Positions 29,388-40,240 are shown, numbered from the stretch's first letter. The stretch is 64,000 bases of DNA from Myxococcota bacterium (GCA_965247115.1 CBDFGR010000002.1:832001-896000); one strand, 5' to 3'. Notes: a model not told the origin generated them from the sequence alone. Translations and numbers: made by a program.

Positions 29388-30310
29388 CACATCATGGAGC
29401 CGCCGGACTTCCTCCAGCCTGAATCCGCGCGCGGATCAACGCCCCGATGCTCGATGATGTCGCCGATTGGGACGATCTGCTCGCCGTCGAGCGTGAGGCC
29501 GCCTGAGGGCATCGCAGGGCCACCGTGATCCCTGAAGTAAAGCGGCAGTCCCTCTGCGAAGTTCGTTCGAACGTCTTTAGGATGCTGTCGTTGATAGTGG
29601 ATGTGGACGTGGGGTTCGCTCGTGTTGCCGCTGTTTCCGCATGCTCCGATCACCTGACCTTCGTTGACTCGATCCCCCGACCGCACTGTGACGCTGTCCG
29701 GTTTGAGGTGAGCGATGATCAGGTGGCCTCCGTCAGCTGCCTCGATAACCACGTGATTGCCAGACGGTGCTGTAACGTTTCCTGAGATGGAGCCGGGTTT
29801 GGCATCGGGTTCGTCGCTGACCGCCTGCACAACCTTACCGCCAATGGGCGCGACGACTGGAACGCCATAGCAGCCATAATCGGCCAGAGTTGCGCTGCCG
29901 GTGAGATAGGGCTCGATCATCAGGTCGTACGCCCAGCGTTGATCGGATTGGATCGCATGTTGGTTACCGGCGGCGGCGTCACCACCCCAAACAACGCGCA
30001 TCGCTTCGTCTGTCGGCACGCGAATCACTAGCGCCGGTTCGGTCGAATCGATGTTCGCGGGAAATGCGACCGGCCAAAGCCGAAGCGACCAAGTGATCGG
30101 TGTGATCGCAACGAACGACATGGCGAGCGTTGCGCCAATAGCCTTCGTAAAGTGACGCTTCCAAATGATTCGAACGACAACGCCAATCAGATAGACGAGA
30201 CCAACAAGCGGCAACAAGCTCAGGGTTTGATACCAAGCCCAAATTCGGGCGGTTCCACCAGAAGCAAGCATGCCGAACAACGCGACGAACAGCACCGCTA
30301 TCAGGCCTAG

Positions 30311-31585
30311 CAGGCTGCGGAGAAAGTGACTGGTTGAGGGGTGGTCCTTCCGACGAGGGGGTTCACCGGCCGAGGGGCGGGGCGCGATTCCCGGTTCGAA
30401 CCGGTCTTGGGCTCCGCTGATCGCGGGGCGGTTTCGCACATGACCTACGTGGCCTCCAGCAGCTTGCGGATCCGGATCAGGTTGTAGGCTGCGGCCGTGA
30501 AGGTGAAGACCCAGCCGACCCGATCCGTGCCGCGGTGTCGGGTCTTGCGCATCAGCCCCACGGTCTTCATCCAGCCGAAGACCTCTTCCACCCGTTTGCG
30601 AAAACGCTGACTCAGTTCGTAGCCCCGGTGGCGCGTCGTCCGCCCGTCGATCGCGCTGCGTCGATTCGTCGTGTTCTGCGCCACGTGTGGGGTCACGCCC
30701 AACTCTCGAAGCTCTTCCACGAACCCCTTCGTGTCGAAGCCCTTGTCTCCGCCCAATGTCCTCCGACGCCCGCCTCCCAGACCTTCCACCATCTCGAGCG
30801 CCGCTTCGCGCTCCGCATATCCCGACGCCTGCGTGAGCTTCGCCGCGACCACCAAGCCGTTCCGGTTCTCCGTCACCACGTGTCCCTGGTACGCGAGTCG
30901 GGCGCCTTGGCCTCTCATACCGGCGAGTCGTGCGTCGGGATCCGTCGTCGACGCATGCGTCTGGTTGCTCCGCTTCTCGCCTCGGAAGTTCACCGTCGGG
31001 TTGCCCGGGTCATCGTCGTCTCTCCGTTCCTCGTCCTTCCGTACGAAGCTCTTCTGGCTCGCCCACGCCTCGATCAGCGTCCCGTCTACCGTGAAGTGCT
31101 CCAACGACACCCATCCCTCGGTCTCGGCCTGCTCCAGCACTGCGTCGAAGAAGTGCTCGGCAATCTCGCCCTTGAGCAGCCGGTCTCGGTTCTTCGTGAA
31201 CACCGTGGCGCTGAACACCACCTCGTCAAGCTCCAGACCCACGAACCAGCGATACAGCAGGTTGTACTCCAGCTGCTCCACCAGCTGCCGCTCGCTCCGG
31301 ATGGTGTAGAGCACCTGCAGCAGCAGGGCGCGCAGCAGCTGCTCCGGGGGCACGGACGGGCGCCCTACGCCTCTGGCGTAGATCGCGTCGAAGCGCGGCG
31401 ATAGCCGCTGCAGCGCCGTGTCGACCATGCGCCGCATCGCTCGAAGCGGATGATCATCCGGAATCCGCGACTCCAGCGACACGTAGCTGAACATCCCGCC
31501 CTGAAGCGTCCCCTGTCCTCTCACGCCTCCCCCTTTGGGGCTCGCTCCCAAGGTACCCTTCGATGAGGAGTTTTTCAGCAGCCTG
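30311..31585 (-). mobile_element. Complete IS5-family insertion sequence, 1275 bp, CTAG target duplication
   Basis: Terminal inverted repeats CAGGCTGCgGAgAAA / CAGGCTGCtGAaAAA (13/15 match); CTAG at 30307-30310 and 31586-31589. Confidence 0.93.
30445..31524 (-). CDS. IS5-family DDE transposase
   Basis: MFSYVSLE..IP.DHPLR, GRPSVPPE, VDGT, GDKGFD, RKRVEEVFG; GTG 31524 after GGGGAGG. Confidence 0.93.
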   Translation of the reverse strand: MRGQGTLQGGMFSYVSLESRIPDDHPLRAMRRMVDTALQRLSPRFDAIYARGVGRPSVPPEQLLRALLLQVLYTIRSERQLVEQLEYNLLYRWFVGLELDEVVFSATVFTKNRDRLLKGEIAEHFFDAVLEQAETEGWVSLEHFTVDGTLIEAWASQKSFVRKDEERRDDDDPGNPTVNFRGEKRSNQTHASTTDPDARLAGMRGQGARLAYQGHVVTENRNGLVVAAKLTQASGYAEREAALEMVEGLGGGRRRTLGGDKGFDTKGFVEELRELGVTPHVAQNTTNRRSAIDGRTTRHRGYELSQRFRKRVEEVFGWMKTVGLMRKTRHRGTDRVGWVFTFTAAAYNLIRIRKLLEAT

Positions 31586-31683
31586 CTAGGCCCCACCACG
31601 TGCGAAACAGCGCTACGAGTAGCCTTTTCTCCCGCCGCCCCCAAGTCGGGCGAACTGGGCTGGAATTTCCCACAAGGGGATTG

Positions 31684-32544
31684 CTATGTCTCGCTGGTTG
31701 GCGCGTGTGCGCGATGCCGCGGAGCAGGCGTAGGCTCGAACAGGCACACCATCCGGACCTCGATATTGCGCCGGCGGAGGGCATCCGGCGGCGAGTTCGG
31801 GTCGTCGAAGGATGTGTGCGGACAAAAGTACGCACGGTCGGGGCGCGAGTCGGCTTGCTTCAAGACGATCAACTCGTCAGTCCGCATACGTGGAAAGTAG
31901 TGGTGCCGATGGCGCTCGCTGAATAACGGAGCGTAGCCACGGGTGTAGGCCCCTTCGTCGACCTTGCTGAACGCGTACGAGACCGTATTTTCGGGATCGA
32001 CGCTCTGCGCGTCGATGAGCAGGAGCGGATTGGTCTGGACCTCGCGTTCGATCGGCTGCCAGGCGGTATACCAGGCGAAATCGCAGCGCTCAGCCTCGGC
32101 ATCGCTGATGACTCCCCTCTCTACCATGAAATTTTGCGCCATCTGCCGCGCGTTCTCTGCACTGTAATCGGAGTGGACGTAGCGTGCGTAGGTGCTGTTG
32201 AACTCGGTGGGGTTCTCTGTGCGCACCGAGTGGCGATAGAACTCGACGTGGGCCGGCTGAGTCAGGCGCCGGATCAGGGCCTCGATCTCCGGGTAGTAGA
32301 CACGCCTCACTTCGCCGTCGTCACGGAAGTTCCGAACACGGCTGCTGTGCGGAACCAGAGCGAAGCCGTGCCTATCGAGGTCGAGCTCCCCGCGCTCCGC
32401 CAGGGGACGAGCGCTCGAGACCTCGACGGTGTGAAAGCTCGTGTAGGCTCTCCGCGTCTCCTTGGACCAGATCCTCGGAATCTCGGCGCGCCCTCGCCAC
32501 TCCGGATTCAGGTAGCGGACGTTCGCTTTGACACGCTCCAGCAT
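31684..32544 (-). CDS. CmcJ/NvfI/AsaB-like oxidoreductase
   Basis: LDRHGF, YYPE, ARYVHSDY, WQPI, PL.LIDA, YFPRM..DE, HTSFDDP, RRNIEVR. Confidence 0.82.
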   Translation of the reverse strand: MLERVKANVRYLNPEWRGRAEIPRIWSKETRRAYTSFHTVEVSSARPLAERGELDLDRHGFALVPHSSRVRNFRDDGEVRRVYYPEIEALIRRLTQPAHVEFYRHSVRTENPTEFNSTYARYVHSDYSAENARQMAQNFMVERGVISDAEAERCDFAWYTAWQPIEREVQTNPLLLIDAQSVDPENTVSYAFSKVDEGAYTRGYAPLFSERHRHHYFPRMRTDELIVLKQADSRPDRAYFCPHTSFDDPNSPPDALRRRNIEVRMVCLFEPTPAPRHRAHAPTSET

Positions 32545-32619
32545 CCGACGATCCTCCCTGTTGGCCCCCCATTCTAGCGGGTCGGCTGCGCGAGGCACCA
32601 GAGGAGGGGGCGCGGTGAT

Positions 32620-33147
32620 TCACGGCCCGGCGTCGAGACGATGCAACGTGTCGCTGTGGGTAAACTCACCATCTGGGATCGGCTCGGCATCGGGGTCCAG
32701 CGCCGGGTTCACGCCGGGAGGGAACACCGCCCCCTTGCTACTCACCGTTGCTGTTTGAAGCTCCTTGTCGAACTTTATGACGTATGTGGCCGCGCCCACT
32801 CCGGCGAACGTGCCATCCTCCGGTCGGAAATCGATGTCGACTGCCTTGGCAGTAATCTCTCGTTCTCCGGTCTCTTTCCAGGAACCCAAGGCATTACTGA
32901 ACCGCAGGCCAGCGGCCCCGCCGCTGAACTGGATCGAAAGGGTCATGCTCAGGTTGCCGTCCTCACTGATTTGCAGAATCTGTGCTGAATCCTTCTGGAC
33001 TCCTACGTAGGTGCCGGCAATCTTCTTGCCGAGACCGGCTTCGTTGTCAGCCAAGGCCGGGGCCGCGTGGCTCAGCCAAGCGGCCACGGCAAGGAGTGCC
33101 AGGCCCGGCATGGTCACGAAGAAGCTACGAGACGCCAGCATATGCAT
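32620..33147 (-). CDS. Secreted hypothetical (lipocalin-like beta) protein
   Basis: Signal peptide ..PALA, IAGTY, GSWKETG; RBS GGGAG. Confidence 0.6.
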   Translation of the reverse strand: MHMLASRSFFVTMPGLALLAVAAWLSHAAPALADNEAGLGKKIAGTYVGVQKDSAQILQISEDGNLSMTLSIQFSGGAAGLRFSNALGSWKETGEREITAKAVDIDFRPEDGTFAGVGAATYVIKFDKELQTATVSSKGAVFPPGVNPALDPDAEPIPDGEFTHSDTLHRLDAGP

Positions 33148-33313
33148 TCTTGATCTCCCTACCCGTAGATGGCGTTAAGCAATCGCAGGGTTCTGTGCGG
33201 TGTACTGCAACATCATAGCCGGAGCAGTCATCCCAACGGTGAAGAGGGTGCCAGCGTGGGTGGACGCAGCACGGGCCGCCGTATAGCCTGGTCCTAGATA
33301 GCAGGGAGACGCG

Positions 33314-34480
33314 ATGACCTACGCTGGACACTTGGAGGTCTACGACGCCGACAGCCACATCATGGAGCTGCCGGACTTCCTCACCGACTATGTTGAGGCT
33401 GACCTGCGCGCCCGGCTCGGGACCACCGACCTGGAGAACATGCCACCAATCCGCGAGTCGATCGATGACATCATCGCGCGCGGTCACAGGCATAGCCCCG
33501 AGCACGTCGCCGAGATCCTCGAGATGGGGGACGGCCTGCTGCGGGGTCCTCGCAATCATGACTCCGTCGGTGCCTTCAACCCGGACGAGCGGCGGCAGGT
33601 GCTGGACATTCTCGGCTTCAGGAAGCAGCTGATTTTCGGGTCCATCGGCTTCTCTCCGGCCCTGTCCCCGAATCGGGACGTCGATTTTCAGTACCGCGCG
33701 GCGAGGGCCTTCAATCGGGCCCTCTCAGACTTCACGCGAGGCGATGGCCGCCTGATGGGTGTGGGCGCCATTGCGCTCGACGATCCCGATCGCGCGACGG
33801 ACGAGCTCGACTTCCTGCTGCAGCAGCCCGGGCTGGCCACGGTGATGATTCCCCACCGCCACTGCGGCGGTCGGTCACCGGGCCACGATGACCTGGATCC
33901 GTTCTGGGCGCGACTGCAGGAGGCGCGCGTCCCCTTTGTCCTGCACGTCGGGGGCGATCCGATTCAGGTCGAGCCCGCCTGGATGAATACGGGCCGCCTC
34001 AAACCCACCGACTGGTTCGGCGGCGGCGAGAACGTGCGCGGGAAAGACATCGTCGTGCTCAATCACGCGCCCGAGATGTTCCTGACCGCGATGATCATGG
34101 ACGGCGTGTTCGAGCGCTTCCCCAGCCTGACGGGCGCGGTCGTCGAGCTCGGCGCCGGCTGGGTGCCCGCTTTTGTGACCAAGATGGACTGGGCGGTCGA
34201 CATCTGGAAGAAGACCGAGCCCGAGCTGGCCAAGCTCTCACGAAAACCATCGGAGACGATCTCGTCGCAGCTGGCCTTCACGCCGTTCGTCTACGAGGAC
34301 GTGGGGGAGCTGATTCGCCAGTCGAACGCCGACCTGTACCTGTTCTCGAGCGACTACCCGCACGCCGAGGGAGGCCGCAACCCGCTCGGGCGCTTCGGAC
34401 GAACTCTGGCCGAGACCGCGGAGGCGGATCGCCAGAAATTCTACTCGGAGAACTTCAAGCGAGTCTTCCCACTCGCGTAG
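33314..34480 (+). CDS. Amidohydrolase family 2 protein
   Basis: DADSHIME, LHVGG, ELGAGW, FSSDYPHAEG. Confidence 0.88.
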   Translation: MTYAGHLEVYDADSHIMELPDFLTDYVEADLRARLGTTDLENMPPIRESIDDIIARGHRHSPEHVAEILEMGDGLLRGPRNHDSVGAFNPDERRQVLDILGFRKQLIFGSIGFSPALSPNRDVDFQYRAARAFNRALSDFTRGDGRLMGVGAIALDDPDRATDELDFLLQQPGLATVMIPHRHCGGRSPGHDDLDPFWARLQEARVPFVLHVGGDPIQVEPAWMNTGRLKPTDWFGGGENVRGKDIVVLNHAPEMFLTAMIMDGVFERFPSLTGAVVELGAGWVPAFVTKMDWAVDIWKKTEPELAKLSRKPSETISSQLAFTPFVYEDVGELIRQSNADLYLFSSDYPHAEGGRNPLGRFGRTLAETAEADRQKFYSENFKRVFPLA

Positions 34481-34556
34481 ATCGGCTGTGCTCCAGCGCG
34501 ACTCTGAGCACTCGCCCTGCTCAGTCCGTCACGAATTACCAGATCGTGCGTCATTG

Positions 34557-36548
34557 TCAGCTGTCTCTTCGCTCCAGCTCGAAGTGATCGAGAAACCACC
34601 CGATATATCTCGTGGTTGCATCAATCACCTCCGGAAACGTGCGGACGCCGTGGGTGGCGGTCGGGTACGTTGCGAGCACGGATTCGACGCCTTGCTCAAG
34701 CAGTGAGCGGTGAAATTCGAGCGCCTGCGTCGGGGGCGTGCTTTGGTCGAGCCTGCCCGTCAGCTGCAGCGTCGGCGTCTTTACGTTTGCAGTCAACATC
34801 GCCGGGCTCCGATCGAAGAACTTGCCGCCCTTATAGGCACTGTCCGCCAGAAACAGCTCGTCAAAGAAGGGAATCTGCGACGTGCGGTGCTGGCTATACC
34901 AGTTGGCGACACAGGAAATGGGCACAGCTGCGGCGAAACGATCGTCTTGGGTGATCAGCCAGGCGGACATGAAGCCGCCGTAACTGATTCCCGTAACGCC
35001 GAGGCGATCGGGATCGGCGATCTCCTGCTCCACCATCGCATCGCAACCCGTCAGATAGTCATAGGTGTCTTCGCCGCCCATGTCGCCTTTTACGAGGCGC
35101 GCGAAGTCCTGGCCCCGACCGCTGGAACCGCGAGGATTCGGATACAGCGACGCGATGCCGTGATCGGCCAACACCTTCGCTCCGCCCAAGCGTCCCACCC
35201 ATCGATTGCGGCATTGCCACACCGGGCCGCCGTGGATATCCACAACGAGCGGGAACGGTCCGGCGCCTTCGGGACGAACGAGCCACCCCTGGATTTCGAG
35301 CCCGTCTCGCGCCATCCAGGTCACTGGCTCCGCACCCGCTTGACTGAACGCGGCGTCGCCGCTCCTCTGGCTGGTAAATGACGTCAACACCTTGTACTTC
35401 CCGCCAGATAACTCCACGAGTTCCGGCGCGACATCGTATGACTCACCAATGCCCAGCGCTGCGCCATTCGGTGCTGGCCACACGGATGGATACCAATCGC
35501 CGATCGTTCGATCGGTGCCGCACCAGTGTGTGGTGATTTGTTCGTCACTGACCGAGTACTCTCCAACGACCGTATCGAAGCCGCACTGGCCCGCGTAGAG
35601 CAGGTGGTCGTCATCACGCCAGATCGTGTGCGTCACTTCGACACTGTCCGTATCGACAACACTGACTTTTCCCGAGATCGTATCGATCAGCTTCAACGTA
35701 CCGCAAACGATCATCCGATCACTGCAGACAGCTTCAACGATGCACGCATACGTGCCAGACGGTGAAGCCGCTGGCCAGCCGAGCTGATCTTCGGAAACAA
35801 ACACCGGTCGCAGATTGGCGCCGTCCAGATCGTGACGGATCAGCTTGGACTGATACCAGGATCCTTCGCTATGCGAATCGGATACGACCGACATTATCGC
35901 GTCGTTACCCAGCCAGGTCGCCTCCCAGTAGTTGAGCTCTTCTCGTGAGACCTTCTCCGTCTTGCCCGAGGCGAGCTCATGAACGTAGATGCTGCGCCAA
36001 AGATTCTCGGCATCCCCCGTATCGATCTCCGGCATCCAGTCGGGCAACTCTTCTGCTTTTACCGCAATGGTCCCACCGCCCTGGCAACCTGCCAGGTCGG
36101 CGCCGAAGCCTGCAACACCGAGCAATACTCGCGTGCCGTCCGGTGACCAGTGCAAATACTCGACAAGACCATCGATGGGCGGCGCTTCGCTTGCCTGATC
36201 CAGCGCATCGCTTCTGGCCAGGTAGAGCTGATGATTGCCGGCGCCCCGGCGATCGGAGAGGAACGCGAGCCACTGTCCGTCAGGCGACCAGCGTGGCAAC
36301 CGGTCGCTGTTGTCGGGACAGGGCAGAACGGTCACCGCGCTCGTACCAAGCTCGACCAGGCAGATCCGGGTGATCGGCGATGATGCAAGGTCCTTGAAAA
36401 TTGTTCCGGTTAGTGCCGCGCGCTGGCCGTTTGGCTCCACACACACATCCGCCGCATCGGACACAACGCTGTCACCCGGTGCGTGAATTGCTCGGAAATA
36501 ATCTTCAACCTCTTGGTAGAGCTCCGATTGTCGGATATCGCGATTCAT
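34557..36548 (-). CDS. S9-family (acylaminoacyl/prolyl oligo-) peptidase
   Basis: WSPDG propeller repeats, HGGP, NPRGSSG.G, GISYGG nucleophile, D and H of the triad; RBS AGGAG before ATG 36548. Confidence 0.9.
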   Translation of the reverse strand: MNRDIRQSELYQEVEDYFRAIHAPGDSVVSDAADVCVEPNGQRAALTGTIFKDLASSPITRICLVELGTSAVTVLPCPDNSDRLPRWSPDGQWLAFLSDRRGAGNHQLYLARSDALDQASEAPPIDGLVEYLHWSPDGTRVLLGVAGFGADLAGCQGGGTIAVKAEELPDWMPEIDTGDAENLWRSIYVHELASGKTEKVSREELNYWEATWLGNDAIMSVVSDSHSEGSWYQSKLIRHDLDGANLRPVFVSEDQLGWPAASPSGTYACIVEAVCSDRMIVCGTLKLIDTISGKVSVVDTDSVEVTHTIWRDDDHLLYAGQCGFDTVVGEYSVSDEQITTHWCGTDRTIGDWYPSVWPAPNGAALGIGESYDVAPELVELSGGKYKVLTSFTSQRSGDAAFSQAGAEPVTWMARDGLEIQGWLVRPEGAGPFPLVVDIHGGPVWQCRNRWVGRLGGAKVLADHGIASLYPNPRGSSGRGQDFARLVKGDMGGEDTYDYLTGCDAMVEQEIADPDRLGVTGISYGGFMSAWLITQDDRFAAAVPISCVANWYSQHRTSQIPFFDELFLADSAYKGGKFFDRSPAMLTANVKTPTLQLTGRLDQSTPPTQALEFHRSLLEQGVESVLATYPTATHGVRTFPEVIDATTRYIGWFLDHFELERRDS

Positions 36549-36688
36549 CGACGGTCTCCTCATTTGCGCCTCGGCACGCAACCACCAGCATTTTAGTCAC
36601 CGATAAATTCGGGACGCAACGCCGCGATCCCACGCCAGTATCCTCAGTTTAATGGGAAGATCGAATTAGCGGGAATGAGCGAGGAGGG

Positions 36689-37465
36689 ATGAGTTTGGAA
36701 CGGTTCGACATCCAGGGTCGCCATGTGGTCGTGACCGGCGCATCGTCCGGGTTTGGGCATCACTTTGCTGGCCTACTCGCAGGATTGGGTGGTCGTGTCT
36801 CCTTGGGCGCTCGTCGTGTCGATCGGCTGCAAGAACGGGTTGAAGAGATCCGCGCTCTCAGGGGCGAAGCTGCGCCATTCGAGCTGGACGTGACCCGGCG
36901 CGACAGTATCGAGACGTTTCTCAACGCCGCAACCGACACGTTCGGACCGATCGACGTGCTCATCAACAACGCCGGCGTTCAAGCGGGCGCCAAGACGTTC
37001 ACCATGATCGATGAGGAGGATTGGGATTTCGTGCTGGACACCAACCTCAAGGGACCGTGGATGACAAGCCAGTCGTACACGCAGCGAGTCATCGATGGTG
37101 GTTGGGGCGGTGGCAACATCATCAATGTCTCATCGATTACCGATACGCGAACCATCAAAGGTCAGTTTCCTTACGCCGTCTCGAAAAGCGGTCTCACACG
37201 CATGACCGAGGTCATGGCGCTGGAGGCGGCGCGCTACAGAATTCGGGTCAATGCGCTGGCGCCGGGCTACGTTCTAACCGACGTCACGCGGGTACTGCTG
37301 GAAAGCGACCAGGCCGACAACTTCGTCAAGGGCATTCCCATGCGGCGGCTTGGAGAGTTCGAGGACCTAGACGGTCCCTTGTTGTTGCTGGTGTCCGATG
37401 CCTCCTCCTACATGACCGGGTCGGTGATAGTCATCGACGGAGGTCACATTTGCGCTTCGCTGTGA
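36689..37465 (+). CDS. Short-chain dehydrogenase/reductase
   Basis: TGASSGFG, NNAG, YAVSK, DGGH. Confidence 0.92.
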   Translation: MSLERFDIQGRHVVVTGASSGFGHHFAGLLAGLGGRVSLGARRVDRLQERVEEIRALRGEAAPFELDVTRRDSIETFLNAATDTFGPIDVLINNAGVQAGAKTFTMIDEEDWDFVLDTNLKGPWMTSQSYTQRVIDGGWGGGNIINVSSITDTRTIKGQFPYAVSKSGLTRMTEVMALEAARYRIRVNALAPGYVLTDVTRVLLESDQADNFVKGIPMRRLGEFEDLDGPLLLLVSDASSYMTGSVIVIDGGHICASL

Positions 37466-37504
37466 AGGGCGGCGTGGCAACCCCTCCCCTTGCTCCATCG
37501 CCCC

Positions 37505-37900
37505 TCAGAGCGCCTTGACACCTGCCTCGGCGATCGCCAGGTCGTCCTCCTCGGGAGCACCGCTCACCCCGATTGCCCCGATCATCTTGTCGCCCTGACG
37601 CAGCGGAAGCGCGCCCTTGGCCACCATGAGGCGGCCGCCGCGCATCGTGCTCGCCGCCCGGAACTAGTTCTCGTCTTTGAAGCCATCCAGATCCGCACCC
37701 GAGGCGGAGAAGCTCGCCGACGTGTACGCCAGGCCGTAGGCGAGATCGAAGTTCATGCCGCCGGCCCCTTCCATGCGGCCGATTGCCGAGATATCGCCGG
37801 CGCTGTCAACCACGACGATAGTCACAGGCGTTCCAATCTCCTTGCCCTTGGCAAGCGCTCCGTTGACCACGGTTTGCGCCTGAGCAGATGTAATAGACAT
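37505..37900 (-). pseudogene. GlcG/HbpS heme-binding protein interrupted by in-frame TAG (37664-37666)
   Basis: VVVDSAG..RMEGA..AYTS, then after the TAG: FRAA..GALPL..IGAIGVSGA.EEDD.AIAEAG, TGA at 37505. Confidence 0.85.
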
Positions 37901-38047
37901 GACGGTCCTCCCTTGAAATAGGGCCTTAGTAGGTCATCGAACACCGCAGAGGTCAAGAGGGAATAGCGACGGCGACATCATCCAGCGACCCTGATACGCT
38001 CGTCAGAGCCCAACGAACTGCCTTGAACTCCCTTCCGTTGGAGGTGC

Positions 38048-40135
38048 GTGATGGAAGCTAACGTGGTCAGGCCTACCACTGGCGAGAGACGTCTTCGACG
38101 GATCCTGGTTGCGGGGCTCTGCTTGGGTCTCCTCTCAACACAATCAAAAGAGGTCCGGGCCCAGCAGTCGACGACACATGGTGAATGGCGTAGCTACGCG
38201 AGCGACAAGGCAAACACGAAGTACACGCCTCTGGACCAGATCGATCGTGACAACGTCGGTACGCTTCGCGTTCTCTGGCGCCGGCCAGGCGTGGATCCCA
38301 AGCTCACCCAAGCGTTCCCTGACCTGAACCCATACAACGGTTTCCAGTCAACGCCGCTCATGATTGGCGGCGTACTCTACACATCGAACAGCATCGGATT
38401 GGTGGAAGCGATCGATCCCGGGACCGGCGAGACGCTCTGGATTCAGGAGCCGCTCCATGAGGGATTTCGGGGCATGGCCGGGGTTAGCACACGGGGGGTC
38501 GCTCACTGGAGCAACGGCTCGAGCCGGCGAATCTTCTCGGTGCGAGGCGACTATCTCGTGTCGATGAGCGCGGAGACGGGGAGCCTGGATCGGGACTTTG
38601 GCGACGAGGGGAAGGTGCATCTGAAGAGACCCGGCCCCAGGGGGCCGTTTCCCGCCGGCGGGACGTCAGGCCCTATCGTCGTGGCCGATGTGATCGTCGT
38701 CGGCGGCGGCCGCGGCGACGATTTTCCTGTGCTGAAGGAGTCCGCTGCTGAGGATATCCGCGCCTATGACGTGCGGACCGGCCGTCTGCGCTGGACCTTC
38801 CATGTGGTGCCGCGGACGGGCGAGTTCGGATCCGAGACGTGGGAAGACGACTCCTGGAAGATCGGCGGGGGCATCGGCGCCTGGCCGCCCCTCACCGTGG
38901 ATGAGGAGCTGGGCTACGTCTATCTGCCGCTATCGTCCCCCATGCACAGCTTCTACGGCGGCCACCGGCCGGGACAGAATCTCTACGGCAACAGCCTTGT
39001 GTGCCTCGACGCCAGGACCGGCGAGCGGGTGTGGCACTACCAGCTCGTGCGTCATGACCTGTGGGACTACGATCTGGCGTCGGCGCCGGTGCTCGGCGAC
39101 ATCACCGTCGCTGGGAAGCCCATCAAGGCGGTGATGCAGATCACCAAGCACGGCTTCCTGTTCGTATTCGACCGCGTGACGGGGGAGCCCGTGTGGCCGA
39201 TCGAAGAGCGGCCGGTGCCCGCATCCACAACGCCGGGGGAGAAGGCGTGGCCCACCCAGCCTTTCCCGACCAAGCCAGCCCCGTTCGACCGCCAGGGGCT
39301 TACCGTCGACGATCTGATCGACTTCACGCCGGAGCTACGAGCCGAGGCGCTCGAGATCGTCAAGCCGTACGTGCTCGGGCCGCTCTTCACGCCGCCGTCG
39401 GTGGCGGCTCCGGGCCATACCCAAGGTACGATCAGCGTTCCCGGCGCGTCTGGTGCCGGGAACTGGAACGGTGGGGCATTCGACCCCGAGACGGGCATCT
39501 TCTATGTCGCCTCGCACACGCACCCGTGGGTGAACGATCTCGTCAGGCCCCCAGCGTTGGTCGAGGCGACAACGCCGTACACCCATGGGCCAGCGGCGGA
39601 GGGTCCCCCCGAATACACTCGCCCTTCTTTCGAGCGCCCGCAGGATCTCATGAAGCTTCTTGGCTCCGTGAGTGACGGAGATCCGAGTGACGGCGGAGAT
39701 CAGTACTTTATCTATGGTCCGGGCGGTCTCCCGCTCGTCAAGCCGCCCTATGGGCGCATTACTGCGATCGATCTCAACTCCGGCGAGCACGTGTGGGTCG
39801 CCCCCAATGGAGACGGGCCGCGCAACCACCCGCGCTTGCGGCACCTGAACCTGCCGCCCCTGGGACAGCAGGGCCGAGCGGCGCCTCTCCTCACGAAGAC
39901 GCTGCTCTTCATCGGTGAGGGCGACCCGGTCATAATTTCGACCCCTAGAGGGGGTGGAGGAAACAAGTTTCGCGCCTACGACAAGGCCACGGGCGACGTC
40001 GTGTGGGAGACCGAACTCGCTGCAGGAACCACAGGTGCGCCGATGAGCTACCTGTGGAACGGCAAGCAGTACATCGTGGTTGCCATCGGGGGCGTGGATC
40101 ACGCCGCCGAGTGGGTGGCGCTGGGTCTCCCCTGA
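38048..40135 (+). CDS. PQQ-dependent dehydrogenase (glucose/quinate-type)
   Basis: YTPLDQI.RDNV, TPL, RGVAHW, HDLWDYD, PTQPFP, PPYG.ITAIDL, GKQYIV. Confidence 0.9.
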   Translation: MMEANVVRPTTGERRLRRILVAGLCLGLLSTQSKEVRAQQSTTHGEWRSYASDKANTKYTPLDQIDRDNVGTLRVLWRRPGVDPKLTQAFPDLNPYNGFQSTPLMIGGVLYTSNSIGLVEAIDPGTGETLWIQEPLHEGFRGMAGVSTRGVAHWSNGSSRRIFSVRGDYLVSMSAETGSLDRDFGDEGKVHLKRPGPRGPFPAGGTSGPIVVADVIVVGGGRGDDFPVLKESAAEDIRAYDVRTGRLRWTFHVVPRTGEFGSETWEDDSWKIGGGIGAWPPLTVDEELGYVYLPLSSPMHSFYGGHRPGQNLYGNSLVCLDARTGERVWHYQLVRHDLWDYDLASAPVLGDITVAGKPIKAVMQITKHGFLFVFDRVTGEPVWPIEERPVPASTTPGEKAWPTQPFPTKPAPFDRQGLTVDDLIDFTPELRAEALEIVKPYVLGPLFTPPSVAAPGHTQGTISVPGASGAGNWNGGAFDPETGIFYVASHTHPWVNDLVRPPALVEATTPYTHGPAAEGPPEYTRPSFERPQDLMKLLGSVSDGDPSDGGDQYFIYGPGGLPLVKPPYGRITAIDLNSGEHVWVAPNGDGPRNHPRLRHLNLPPLGQQGRAAPLLTKTLLFIGEGDPVIISTPRGGGGNKFRAYDKATGDVVWETELAAGTTGAPMSYLWNGKQYIVVAIGGVDHAAEWVALGLP

Positions 40136-40240
40136 GGGGCCAAGATCACGCAGCACGAGACGGGGTGGGATGATCACGCCGACCGCTCACTAGCTGCAGG
40201 CGCCCGCCTCGGGAACGTCCATCGAAGTCGGAGGTCAGTC

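Larger units (their letters stand above)
29333..31673 (-). pseudogene. M23-family metallopeptidase interrupted by IS5 (5' part 31586-31673, 3' part 29333-30310)
   Basis: RWAYD, GNHVVI, AHL, GNSGNTSEPHVHIH; removing the IS and one CTAG restores frame ...FRTWWGL|GLIAVLF from GTG 31673. Confidence 0.8.

Noticed and set aside
30385..30410. GGTTCGAACC T-loop-like motif suggesting a tRNA
   Set aside because: It is a CCGGTTCGAACCGG palindrome inside the IS end; no acceptor, D or anticodon arms can be built
4953..37666. Genome-wide TAG reassignment (alternative genetic code)
   Set aside because: Many genes end at TAG exactly where their families end (e.g. 1024, 2737, 13378, 18308, 44702, 59346)
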